Shown: positions 36,907-49,904 of the stretch, piece after piece
How positions within the stretch are numbered: the stretch's first letter is position 1
Layout of the letters: every line of letters starts with the position of its first letter
Assembly: GCF_964355755.1 (NCBI RefSeq)
Contig: NC_092670.1
Coordinates: 12,944,795 to 13,008,794, forward strand
Direction of reading: 5' to 3'
Length of the DNA: 64,000 bases
Origin: Antedon mediterranea
Taxonomy: Eukaryota; Animalia; Echinodermata
The notes under the pieces: generated by a model
Told to the model about the DNA's origin: nothing
What the model saw: the letters and a program-made list of their open reading frames with translations, nothing else
Database searches by the model: none
Position numbers and translations under genes: made by a program

Positions 36907-39900
36907 TTATAAGAAGAGGCACATTTTCGTTTTTTTGTCACCAGGAGGTGTACTATTTGTGTTGTGTACATCAGGTGTTTTCATGTCGTTGTCAGGTTTT
37001 TTCACATCGTCATCAGGTGTTTTCACATCATCATCAGGTGTTTTCACATCGTTTTCTAATTTCTTTGGTGAAGCTTCTTCATTGCTTTCTCCTCCTTGCA
37101 CTTCTGTATTCTTTCCCAAAGTTTCTTCAGGAAGACTTGCATTGACTTCAGTTTTCATATTCCCATTCTCATTCAGATCCAATTTTTCTTCATCTTCCGG
37201 TTCCTTTAACTCGGTAATCATACTTTCATCCTTCTTTATGTCCTTTTTATCGTTTTCTTCATTCAAAATTTCTTCTGGTTTTAAGTCTTCCTCAGATATC
37301 TCAACTTGTATCAGCATCTGATTGAAAGAAAGTATACTAGTTAAAAATGTAACTTTCTTCCAAAACAATTAACTGAAAATAATACTATTTATATTTCCAA
37401 CCCTTTAATTTTTCTGAAGTACAGTGTTACATATGTATCACATGTGAGAGCTGTATCATAGCATTACACTGGAAAAATTATGCCATATGTGGAGACTTCG
37501 AGTGAAAGTCTACAACCTTCCAAGTGGGTTTCTTAGTAAGCAAATTCAAGGCCTACCTGTGTTAGATTTTTAACACCAAGATCAGTTGCTTTATTCAGTT
37601 CTTTTGTGTCAATGATGAGCCTACCGATGTTGGACAAGACAGGTCTTGGTGGTGAGGTGCAAGTACTATTACTACAAACAAAAACACCCATAATTGATTA
37701 GAGTAACATTAAAGGAAAAATTATCTTTATCTTCTGGGATTTTAAACCTGTCTTAGCACACAAACTTATAACACATAAATAAAATGTAGTAGATGTAGTT
37801 TGGATGAAATCTAAGAATCAGCTTATCAGGGTGTATTTGTACCTTTGTGAAATAAACAAGTCTGTAACAATATCTGTACTAGACAATAAGTTAACGTACC
37901 TTTCGTTGCGGAAGCTGTCAACAAGTTTCCTGGCAGCAAATAGTAAAGCTAATATTTCAGAATTTGACACACTGAGGTTCATTTCTACAATGGACTCATG
38001 TATGGTGACCCTATTTCTGAAAAAAAAGAAAATGAAATTTAAAAAATTGTGTTACAATTTTATGTGGTAAAGAAGATGGGTTTCTAAACAATTCCTAAAA
38101 GATGATTAACATTTGAGACTTATATTGTATACATGTATAGTCTTTATTTTTGTGGTAGTAGGTAAATGACATTACTTACTTGTTTGTTAGAGTATACCAA
38201 ACTTTGTCTGTTGTAGCAACGTTGTAGTACACGGCATGAAAGTATGTTGGCTTCATAGGCAGCTCATGAACCTGTATTGGAAATATCACAGGGCTTTTTT
38301 GTGTACGATGGCGACATAACGCAATGTTAAAATCTTCAGCGCAGTCGTGTGACTCAGTATAGGTCGGCGAGACAAACGTCACAATTTTAGTTGCACTGTC
38401 TAGAAGACCTCTCATCTCTTGTGCAGATTTTACTTCACCAACCACTGACAAAGATGGTGCAAGGAATTTCAGAAGTCTGGTGAAAGATACAGCATATTTG
38501 TTATCATTCTTTGCAAAGCTTAAGACAATGTCACAGGTTTTCTCTTCGTCGGAAGCTTCAGGATGGGTGTAATTCTTAAGAAAGAAGCTATCAAGATCTG
38601 GTGGAAAGCTCTTGTAGGATATTCTGGTGTTGTCTGGGTACTTGACAGACAACTGAGATTCTCGTAAATGTTCTTGTACGCCATCCATTGTCATGCTGTC
38701 TACAGACTGAAAGAAAAGATTTGCTTTTATATAACTTTTAAAAGGGTTCAGTATGCCATTTAAGATATCCAAAAGAATGTGTTGTTTTCGATAATTACCT
38801 CTGTGAAAAGTTCCTTCAAGCTTTCAGTGGAATGATTTTGTAGGTATGAGACAATTGCCTTTGCAGTAGATTGGATTGCAGGTAAAAACGCTTTACCAGA
38901 TGCATTCACCAACTTAATTAGTTTAAACTCCAATGGAATGTCTTTGACGTTTTCATCCAGAAAAATTGGAACCAGTGTTAGTTCTCTATTCTGTGTGTGA
39001 AAAATCCAGTAGTTACATAATAAAATAAATTAATTATTCGTCAGTCACCAAATGATGTCTCACAGTATTTTTACGGTTGTTGAACAAGTCAACCTAATGG
39101 TGTGGCTGGAATGCAAAGAAATATCTCTTATATCTCATATTAAAATGTGGTGAACACCAACAGATTTTTGCAGGTCTACTGTTATGTATATGAATATTTT
39201 TAAACTACCTTTTGAGAATGCTTATCGAGTGCCAAATTGAACTCTTCTCTGCAAACTGGTGACTTCAAATATTCTTTTGTTACCAAGGCAACTAGAACTT
39301 TGCTCCCATCAATAGCATGATATAACGTTTGTTGCCACGAAGTGCCTAGAAATTAAACAAATTTGAAATGCTTACACATTTTGTTTACTATGTTTATTAA
39401 ACTTGGGGTTTGGAAAAAGTTGAAATTACCTGTCTTAAGCTCTTGTGTGTCAAAGAACACCTTTAAACTTGGATCAAGAAGGGTAATACTTTCTCTGAGC
39501 TGCGAGGCTTGTTTGGTATTACGATGACAGTATGATATAAAGACGTCATATTCCAGTGTTGGATGTTCTTGTATTTCAGCATGTATTTTAACGTTTAGTG
39601 TCAATACCAGCTGTTCACATGCAATGTCTAAATTTATGTTACTAAAATTGATAAAGATAAATATTTTTAAATTAAACACTACCTTTGAAATATATATTGG
39701 AGAACATGGAAAATGGCCAAAATAGTAGGTTTCTGCCATTGGCTAAAAGTAAAAAATCTAATCTCCTTTTCTTTCCATGCAAAACTCTGTTTAAAAAAAA
39801 AAATATTATTCTTGCACGCCCATAGAAGTTGGCAAGTTTCCTATACTTGATTTTTTTCTCATAAACTTATATTTAGGCTTTATTGTATATGGGCAGACAT

Positions 39901-42900
39901 GCATTTTTTTTATAGATTAGTTTCCACTAAGGTCTTTGCATCATTTTCTGTAGCACCAGTCACGTAACTTACTGTTACTAAGGGTCTTTCACACCTGTTC
40001 CGACATGGTTTGGATCCGGCGCCGGAAAATTTGATTTCATGACGCTCCACGCGGCTATGCGCATATTGATTGGTGCATAGCCGCGTGGAGCGTCAGAATA
40101 TCAAATTTTTAAATGAAAACAAAACATTAACGTTCGATTTGCCGGTCCAGCACCATGCCAGAGCAGGTGCGAAAGATCCTCTATTGTGTACACTTACAGG
40201 CAATCTATATACTGTACCAGCCCCATGTAAGTCGGCATATTCTCAATCTGCTCGATATAAAATGGAGCCAGTAGTTCTCTCTGAGACTTCCTGTTGCAAC
40301 ATAATGCTATGTTGTATTGCTCAACACATGATGTTGAGTTTAAATAACTAGGACTGAGAACTGAAATAAAAAATGTATGATTTAGGTTAAAAATACCATC
40401 AACGTACACAGGCTCTATGATGGCCATAATATTATCCTTAAATGAATTTCCAAGCATATTTCATTCACACAACTTTATTTACTATACTGTTTTGTGTAAG
40501 TTTACATAATTTAATAAATTACAGCTATTTTTATGAATTACAGCTAATTTTATTTGTGTGTAGAAAAAAAAAAAATACATTGACAAATATGATTTGTTTA
40601 GGGATAAGATGAAAGGTGTTTGGTCTCTGGTAAATGTTATTATTATCTGTCTCCTGACCACAATATAGTGATTCTATTCTATAAAATATTGTACTTTGCA
40701 CACTCAAATCCTAATATGTCCTACAATAAATTGAAGTTAGGCCTACCTGTTATTACCCTAGCACACCTAATCATGACTTCATACATGTCTTCCTGCCACA
40801 CTTCATTGCTGTTCAGTTCTTGCTGACTGCCAAAGATGCGAATGTCAGGCTTACAAGCTTGCAGGTGTGTGCGAATGGAGCTTGCAGTATTTTCATCCTG
40901 CTTGCTAACTGATAGGTAAACATCGTACTCAATCTTCACATTCTAAAAGAAGTTATAAATTAAAAGAAATAATTTGGAGAATGATGTTTAAAGTTAAAGT
41001 TCAAGCTTTCTATAAACAATATATATTAACCTTTGGTACAACACTCTTCATGTCATATTTGTTCTTCAGTTCATTGAACTTTGCACATATATCTTTAAAC
41101 CCTCCCATTGGTGGAGGGCTACCTTCTTCAAATCTGACATAGAGCACGATCTTTAGCTTGCGTAGTGGGAGTCCAGCTTTCATCCAGTTTACAGCCGCGT
41201 TCACCATTCCTTTTAACATTATTACTTTATCATGTCCCTGAAGAAAGAGAAATTGATAAAAATGAGAAAAACACATAACATAGCTAATGGCTGAAAGATG
41301 ACTTGAGACGACTTGTGTTTTTAATTCCAAGCATTTAGTCAATATTATTTATTGGAAGAATTTCATCTGGTTGTGGAATAGGTATTACATAAAATTTCTT
41401 TTTGAACAACCAAAAATAGTATAAGCGAACTTACAGTACGTTTCGAAACCTATCAGGTTTCATTCTAAACTGGCGTTTCATCGTCTAGCGTTGTTAATCC
41501 CATGATGATGACGTCATTTTTTTTTGGTTGTTCAAAAAGAAATTTTATGTAATATTATTTATGTTTCCTTACTTGGTCACCCGTGGTCAGCATAGGTGTA
41601 ATAACTGTGCCATCTTGGTTGTTTAGAACGGGAACCAAACAACGAAACACGTCTCCAACAAGCTTCTGAGGTTGTGATCCTCCAAGCCTAAACAATAACA
41701 AATTAGTGTTGTATTCATAGTATAAAGAAGAGTCTCAGCTTAAAATTGGTACCTTTCCAACCACAAAAACTAATATTGCTTTGATGTGGCTTACAAACCT
41801 GCACACCATTGGTGGTATATATGGCTATACTGCGTTGAAACACCGGTTCTCATCAGATCACCAAAGTTGGGCCCGGTTGCGTTCTGGATGGGAGACCGTC
41901 TAGAAATCGCGGCGGGTGCTGTATATACTGGAGAGTAATGGTAATATCGGACTAGCATGTGATAGGCATGGGTTCGAGGTTATCTGTACCATACTAATTG
42001 TATCTTTAGGCAAGATGCTTTACTGTCATTGCCTCGTCCTTCGGATGGGATGTAAAGCCGTTGGTCCCGTGTACTTAACAGTGCATGTTAAAGAACTTGG
42101 TACACTATTCGAAAAGAGTAGGGGATCGTCTCCCGGTGTGCTGATCTGGTAGGCGCTGCACTGCTGGCTGCCGTGGGTCCGTAGAGGGCCTAATCCGAAT
42201 CTCCTAATTTTCCAGTTAAGCTTGAGGACTAAGATAATTACCTTTACCTTTACCTTGTTTTAAAAACAGTGGTAGATTCAGGATTTAAACAATTTTAAGG
42301 CCAACCTCCTAACAATTGAAATTTGAGAACCAAGCCTAGTGCTTTATATCTTAAAGTTTCAACAATAAGGCCCTCCAATCCCATTTGATTTGGCTGAAAA
42401 GGAACTTGCCTTATTTCTGTCTCAAAGCACAGAAGTCGCTTATAAGGCAAAGTAGCAGGCAGCTCATGAGACCACCAGCATGAGTACAGGTTACGAAGAT
42501 CTTCTGCTTTATTTCGCGCCAGTTCTCTAACATTTAAACCCAGGTTCCGCTGCAATGCTCCGATGACCGATGTTGGTGTCGCAGAATAGTCGCCTATATT
42601 GGAAAAGATTATTTTCATCAATCAAACATTTAAAAGTTGGTCTTTATTTTTTTTGGAATAAGATTATTTGTATAATACAATTAATATTCAGCCTTTTTAA
42701 TTTGTGGTTTGTTGGTTTCAGATGGCAAAGACCATCTTTTGGATGGGACATAAAGACATTGGTCCCGTGTACGATTGGGATGGGTGTCTGCCTGGCCCAT
42801 GGATCATTATATAGTGATGGATGGTTGTTGATGTTTTGTGAACACGTGCAGATGTTTCTTATCCTCTACTGCATTTATAGTGATTTTCGGAATAATTTAT

Positions 42901-43046
42901 GTACCTCTAAACGCTGATATCAGTATCACATCAACCTTATCTTGATAGTGAAGTTTAGTGATGTCCCCAAAACACAATTGGATTTCACAATTTCCATTCT
43001 GTGTTACCACAGTGATAGTCTCATGGACAACAAATCCAGCAACCAT
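36907..43046 (-). CDS. Macro-TIR-TIR-TIR protein with acidic tail and C-terminal CaaX, copy B, intact, about 905 aa; exons 43046..42905, 42593..42410, 41687..41573, 41237..41031, 40942..40747, 40360..40198, 39641..39430, 39345..39209, 38990..38799, 38706..38180, 38016..37900, 37671..37557, 37317..36907
   Basis: Exon lengths sum to 2718 nt in consistent phase. Macro-like N-terminus (GDITKL, VDVILISAF, TPMLTTGDQG). Three TIRs: YDVYLSVS..SPSYLNSTSCVEQY; YDVFISYCH..FFDTQELKTG..YLKSPVCREEF; DIVLSFA..SPTYTESHDCAEDF. Ends KKTKMCLFL*. Confidence 0.88.
39981..40179. mobile_element. Palindromic MITE (PIF/Harbinger-like termini) in an intron of copy B
   Basis: Imperfect TIR GGTCTTTCACACCTG...CAGGTGCGAAAGATCC and a perfect inner IR TGACGCTCCACGCGGCTATGC/GCATAGCCGCGTGGAGCGTCA. 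Confidence 0.65.
41385..41553. repeat. Short inverted-repeat element (33-bp arms ATTACATAAAATTTCTTTTTGAACAACCAAAAA)
   Basis: Perfect reverse-complement arms around a core of about 100 bp. Confidence 0.7.
41815..42255 (+). mobile_element. SINE3: 5S rRNA-derived head, degenerate tRNA-like segment, Deu/Nin-like core, (CCTTTA)n tail
   Basis: GCGTTGAAACACCGGTTCTCATCAGATCACCAAAGTT...GGATGGGAGACCG...GGGTGCTGTA resembles 5S with an internal deletion. It is followed by CCTTCGGATGGGATGTAAAGCCGTTGGTCCC...CGAAAAGAGTAGGGG. Confidence 0.75.
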
Positions 43047-45288
43047 TTTGCTTTTTGTAAATTTTAAAATCCTAAGAAAATAACATTTGAATTATTAACA
43101 ATTAATTTAAATATCATAAATTTTAATTTCTATAAAACTAAATGTAAGAACAAAATGTGTTTCTCACAAATTGTAAAGACAGCTAATTAGGCCTATAAAT
43201 ACTAAATTATTGAAGTAACATAATAAAATCACGAATAAAAGCAATAGCTAGGACTAGATCTAGTAGTTATAAACCCAAATTTCAAGTTGAGCCAAGGCAA
43301 TGATGGGTCCAGCCAGGCTACTCGTGTCGTGAGTGAAGTATTGTCAGCAGGTATCCACACGGCGACTATTATAAGCTTAACTAAGTCTAACTAAGACTAA
43401 GTCTTGAAAACGCCAAGTTGGTTAAATGTAGTTTAGAATTAGCAAACTTTAATGTAGTAATAAAAATGGAGTTACAATACAATTTATTTGGATTTCAAAA
43501 AGGCACTTTGTAAGGCATCGTAGAACCAGAACAGAGTGATGAAACCTATTTTTAAGTTTACTCTTCACGCTTGGTTGATTCATAAAGACAACAAAACCAA
43601 GGTAACCTTCAAAACAACAGCCCGCCCTCTCGATCCATACGTACTCCGATGTTAAAGTTTTAAAGTAAACCTGCAGCCACAATTGCATTCCGATAATTAT
43701 CATAGATTTACATAGTTCAAACCAGGGAAGAGTAAAATTACATATAATATACTTTCACTATTCCCAGGTTCAAACTATGCATTCTCGTTCCCTCCATCTC
43801 TTGATCTATTAAGTTTTTTAAAGCACATAGAGACGATTTAATGTATAAATATAATAACTAACATTATTCACAATAAATCGATTACAATTGTTTTTAAGTT
43901 TGAGTATTATATATTTGATATAGACATAGATACACAATGTATAGTTATTCATAGCCCTATATGCCGCGGAATGAAGTAATTTATTAACAAAAATACATTA
44001 TTTTCTTCTAACTGCAAAACAAATAGCAAACCAAAGTTTTAGAAGGTAATCTTTTAAAATTTCGTATTTTAAACTTAAAATTTCAATCATATTTGATAAA
44101 TTTTGAATTTTTAAATAACTTTTTTAATTTTTTGTCTTGGAAACAAATTATATATGTTTTAAATGTACATATCACGAAAGAAAATCTGAATCTGAAATAA
44201 TCTAACTAATTATTATATTATATTGTAAGTGGACAATTATACAGTGTTGTAAGAGAACACAATCAAACTATAGTTTTAAAAAAAAGTGTGCTTAAATATG
44301 GCAGTGATAATATGACATCATCATGTCTATAATATGGGCACTTCACATATTTTGTCACAAAGTGTTATAGTGTACCCATAGCTAAGATTATATATTATAT
44401 ACTTGTTTCCACGAATCAACGCAAGTGTATTTGACCAATCACACAGACGGATTCATGATTTTCACATAAGGAGGAGCTAAAATATAATAGTCTGTCAAAA
44501 AATAGGTATAAAAATGAGTTCATAATTTCAGTTTTGCTGTAAAAAGTGTGTGTGAGATGGGCGTTGTGGGTGCCATGGACCCGTCACATCGGTCGTAAAC
44601 AGTTGATTTCCGCAAAATACTTAATTTTGTTTACTGTAGAGTTTATAGAAACGATGTTAAAAGACTGGAGCGGAAATACTTTACAAACGAATATTGATGT
44701 TGCGTATTCATAATCAAGGTTATATCTAGATACTATATACAATATAACCTAAAGCTTCATTGTTGTTGAGGTACTCTTCTACATAATAACCCTAATCACC
44801 CATGACCAAAGTAACATACAACAGTATTAGTAAATTTTAGATCTGTAAAAATAAACTAATATGTAAACGTTAACGAAACAGACATTACATAATTTATAAT
44901 AGTAGCCTATATTATTCTTCTCAATGCGTATGTGACTTTGTTATAAGATATTTTACTGTAAACAAAAATCAACTGTAAAAATTCTACTGTAGGCCTATTT
45001 AGTACCAGCATCTTAGTATACATTGTTTGTAATGCTGCTGAAAACACAATACTTTCACTGCAGCCGTGCAACATTATATAATTAGTAAATTACATTGAGA
45101 GAACACTGAGTAATGTAACATACAATGATAGCACATATAAATGAACAATGACCCGATACGTCACATACTGTACATTTGTGAAGAAATATCAGTCGATTCA
45201 CCGTGCGTTCACAGTCTATTGTACATGAATTGTCAAACGGAGCATTATACAGTAGTATAATACTATTACATTGTTATGTTTGACTGGC

Positions 45289-48200
45289 CTAATGACATTG
45301 TATTGTCATTGATGCTTTCCTCCTCAATGATGCGTGCATAGAACTAATATCATCGTCTTTATCGTCAGGATCACCGTCATCTTCGGATCCGGAATCTGGC
45401 TTAATATAACAGTTACAATCTTGAAGAAACATAATACTCAATTAGTACAAAATGATAATATTAAGAAAAATATTTTCTAATGTAATAATAATGGTTCTTA
45501 GTGATACCTGTAGTAACGTAAGCTTGGGTCAATTAAAATTCCATTCAACACTAGGACTAAGCGCAATGACGTAAGCACAACGCAAGAGAGTTCACCAATG
45601 ACAAGCAACAGTTCAAATAATTCCTTGCTCGTGATTGCGTTGCGTTGAAGTGGAAACCACGCGTCTGTACTCTCTGTTTAATAGCAAATATCTTTGTTTC
45701 TACTACCAAATATTGATGTTCCGATATCCGGATCTGAATTTTGTTTAATCTCTAACAAATTTAGGATAGGCCTACCTTCAATTTCTTCCTTTACTAAATT
45801 TGCTGCCTGCAAGATGTCAGCGTCTTCCAGAAACTGCTGAAGTGGTTTGAGCAAGTCAAGTGTGTTCCCACAAGTGTCGTTAACAGCCGTGTAAAGGTTT
45901 ATAGCAAAAGACTGGTAGTATGGTAATGTTCTAAAATTGGTTGACTGTGCGTCACTGAAGTCGAAAGCAAGCCTACAGAACTGAAGCCAATGACCAGGTT
46001 GTCCAAACTCTGTTATCATATTGAAACGATTTCTGGACAGGAGAGCAGGGATTGTGCGCAAGTCTTTTTCCCATACAGAAGCTCTACCATGAATCTATAA
46101 GAAGAAGAACGCTGTAAAGAATTCGACAATAGCACTAGAGCACACATCGAAAATCTGGTAATTTTATTTCCCACTAGTCCACTTTTTGTATTTCCAATAG
46201 GGTTTGGATTGGATGGATTTATCACCGAGTCATAATTTCACGGAAAGGTCTGTATTGTAGCTTCTTCGGTTTATGGCGAAGATCGTACCATTGTGGCCCT
46301 TTCTGAACTTGATGTCACAAAACGTATACAAATTCCATAAAGCACACGTGTTTCCACCAGTTCAACAAATCTACTAACTGTTCATTATTGTCTACTAAAG
46401 TAAAACTTTAACTGAACATTAGACACATATATACGGATATTAACAAGAAGATATTAATACAACCTTTGCTAAATACCTACGTGTTTTAATGCATCTTTTC
46501 GTGTTATATTTAAGTTGAAACTGCCTTGCTTAAGTTCTTGGCGACATTCAATAGAAGCATTTCTGTACACGGTACTAGGGACTTTGAACGAAAACATGGT
46601 AAACGTTTGTCGACCACAGAGTATATTTCCAATATGTATTTTCTAAAATATAAATGAAACAGTTATAGGATTATATAATTTACAATATTTACAAAATATA
46701 ATTTATTAATTAGGCATGCGTAAAATTATTGACAGCTGTTTCCAATCTGTTCATTTGCAACGATTTACAGTGTAATGTGAACATCATCGTACATCTGTAA
46801 ATGGAACGGTGAAGTAGAATACTTGAAAACATCCCGTGTGTTCATTTTATCACGTGATTTTAAAAACACCAGTTTGTGAACTGAGCATTACTTTATGCAA
46901 CACAAAGCATTACCTCCTCTTTTCCAAACAACTTCATTATCAGAAACTCCCCTCCTAGCTGGTTTAACAATATCGTTTTTTCAGCCCATTCCTAAATTGA
47001 GTATTGTAAATATTTTAATTAGCACGAAAATTATGAAGATCTTACAATAAACTATTTTTATACGACACGGTAATTTTCCATTTTCAATTAGTTGTTCATG
47101 TATGCATTGAACAACATTTACAGTACAGAAAGAAATAGTAGTCCGTGTTCACCGGTGCCACCTCTTATGTGAGGCATAATTAGACATTGCTTATCATCAG
47201 AACACTAATGTAATGCTTTATAAAGTTTCATTCATTCATTTATTTGGACAAAATAAAAAATTACAAAATAAAAATACAAAAAGAAAAAGATTACAAGTAA
47301 TAAACAAGAAATTTTATAAAATTCAATAAAACTGAACATTTTTTATTGTTTTAGACTTACATTTTCATTTGTTGTGTCTTCTATCTTCCTTACACTGATT
47401 GACAGTTCGTCACTACTTACGTCACCAATGACTGCCGATATCTTCACGGTTATAAAATGGTCAATTGGAATGTCGTAGAGACCCTCACAGTCTGTAATGT
47501 TTTTACGCTTAGGACTTCCAATGAGTTTGAAATCCGTTACGTGATTCAATTTCTGTAATGTGTGAATCCATCTTGTTTCCTGTTTTATCGAAATACTTTT
47601 CGACTTTAAAGGCTCCCAACTTGTATCGTTTGATCGTCTGACTTTTGGCTCATACGTCCACTCACTGCCATCAACCATATACAAATCAATTGTTAGAAAA
47701 ATAGATTGTTGGAGTTCAGTCACTGGTCCAACTACAATAACTGGACTAACCTGGTACTGCATACATACACCCCCAACTTGTCTGGTGTTCGCAGGGTCAT
47801 TGCCAACCTGGTAGAGAAACAAAACTGTAGGCTGCTTCAACGCTCCATTCGGTATTGTCAAGTGCGCTCCATTTACTGTCAGCGTTCCTCCGTCTTCCGT
47901 AAACAGGCCAGCAGAGAAATTATCCTGCTTAAAGTTGGTGTCGGAAGGATGAGATGTATAGTAAATATGAGACAGAAACCCTTCGTATCGAAAGGCTAAA
48001 CCACTGATATTTGTTTCGATGTGTGTCGGAATATTTGATTCGGAAAGGTCGCTCCGCTGAACCTGAAAACAAGAATTCAAAGGGATTAACATTAGCATCC
48101 ATTAGATTCATAGACACTGTATATGTTTCTATTTGATAAAATACAGACTAGTGGTGGAATGGACAGACAGAAAACACTACCAAAGCGATAGTACTATCGT

Positions 48201-49154
48201 TGAAGTGGATAATAATAGTATAAAGGATGACTAGGAATTTTGCCCAATTATGACTATGAAGTAAATTATTTTTTCTACTTGAAGTCATGTCTTTTTAAGA
48301 TTATCTTATAGTATATGCCTACTTATAATTAGTCTCACCTTTGGAGTCATGCATTCATAATTATCGTCTTTTGAAATAATTGGTGGTACGGTTATAACCG
48401 GACATGTTATCGATTTCTTTAATTTGGGTAGTGTGGCAGGTGGCCGCCTGTTCTTCTTCACGTCATCAATCTTAGCATATGGATTGGCCTCACCCTTGTT
48501 TGTCTGGCTATTTTCAATTACGTCAAACGCTTCATCTTGTATTGTTTTAAGTCCTTTTGTTCTGTGTTTAGGTAATGTATCATTTTCTTTTTTTAATAAG
48601 TCTTCATTTTGTTCCAATCGATCTTTCTTTCCGAATTTTTTTATTCTTGTAACTGTAGAGAGACCCACGTATCCATTATTTATGTCTCCAGCATCTAACT
48701 CATCCTGCGTATCACATTCAGTTTGGTAGTTGGTAGAAATCGTCATACTATTTTCTTTATCAGATGATGTTACATTTTGATATAATGTTTTTTCATATAT
48801 GTTCTCGGGTTTTTGTCCAACTCTGTCTATTAGCTTATTTCTTTCTGTGTTTATTCCTACAATTTGTGCCATATCTGTGTAACCATTAATGACGTCACCA
48901 CTCTCAAAGTTACGTAACTGACTATCGGTATTTTCATCTTTTGTTGGTTTCACCCGTCTCAGTCGTTTTTTTGCGTCGAGAATATCTGATGTTGTCAATA
49001 TCATCTTTTTTTGAATATCTATTTCCGAATCGTTATTTTCGGTATTTGTAAATAACTGACCATGTATAACAGTAGGGATTGTTATATCAGATCCTCGTCT
49101 TCTATCTAGTTTGCGTCTCGGAATAACCTCCGTTTCTGTCATGCTATCAGCCAT
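45289..49154 (-). CDS. Cytoplasmic ZU5-UPA-like-death-like adaptor, copy 1, about 727 aa; exons 49154..48339, 48062..47361, 46991..46914, 46642..46481, 46094..45776, 45395..45289
   Basis: ZU5 motif GLFTEDGGTLTVNGAHLTIPNGAL...VSPVIVVGP...IFLTI, a beta-rich UPA-like segment, and a helical C-terminus HWLQFCRLAFDFS...LQQFLEDADILQAANLV. Phases match the paralog. The death-fold call is weaker than the ZU5 call. Confidence 0.75.
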
Positions 49155-49904
49155 GATGAACTTTGACCCTTGATGACCTTTCAAAAACCATAAAGTTGAC
49201 CTATTTTTCAAGTTTTCTACAGATAGAAAAAAAAGTTTTTTATTATACTCAAAACTAGATTGGCATTATTTCGTAACACAACTTTTGTAATAGAGGCTAT
49301 CGAAGTCAGTTCGTCATAATTATATACTACCATTAATGTACACTCCTACCGTAATTAGGTCCCAGTTACTTTAATGAAATTCTGTTGTATATAGGCCAAT
49401 AGTAGTAGTTTTACGAATATTCTAGGCTTCTTGTCCGCAAATATCTCCTACCTTAGTGTATTTGTCAACAAAATCATTCCAAGTTGTCAAACGTCACACG
49501 ACATAGTAGTGTATTATTCTCCACTTAGACCTACAGTGTACACCTTTTTTTCGATAATCCACAAAATGAGGAAGTAGGAGTTATGTACACGGAAACCATG
49601 TGAAAACGTACCGTATACTCAATGCTTTTATCAAGTGCTCAATATGACAATAACTCTTTTAGAAGTAACGTATAAAAGCATTTAGCCTAGAAGAATAACT
49701 CTTTTGTGATTCACTAAACTTGTTTTGTACTATGATAATACCCAACAAACGTGTAATCATCTTTTTATAGATTATACTCTGCAACCAGCGTTTTAAAAAG
49801 TGTAGTGGAATTCCCATAAGCTATGTATTTCAATATGTAAGAATGGTGAGTATGGTAATATAGTCATCCTCATCATCAATATATTGGACCTTAAAAACAA
49901 ACTT

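Noticed and set aside
41435-41470. Second hammerhead (minus strand, ...AATGAAACCTGATAGGTTTCGAAACGT)
   Set aside because: The CUGANGA box is not intact and no stem I was found.
41815-41925. Functional 5S rRNA gene
   Set aside because: Internal deletion and substitutions, no oligo-T terminator, and it continues into a SINE body.
22391-43046. Bacterial contamination as the source of the Macro-TIR genes
   Set aside because: Both copies have multiple spliceosomal introns in shared positions and are interleaved with animal TEs.
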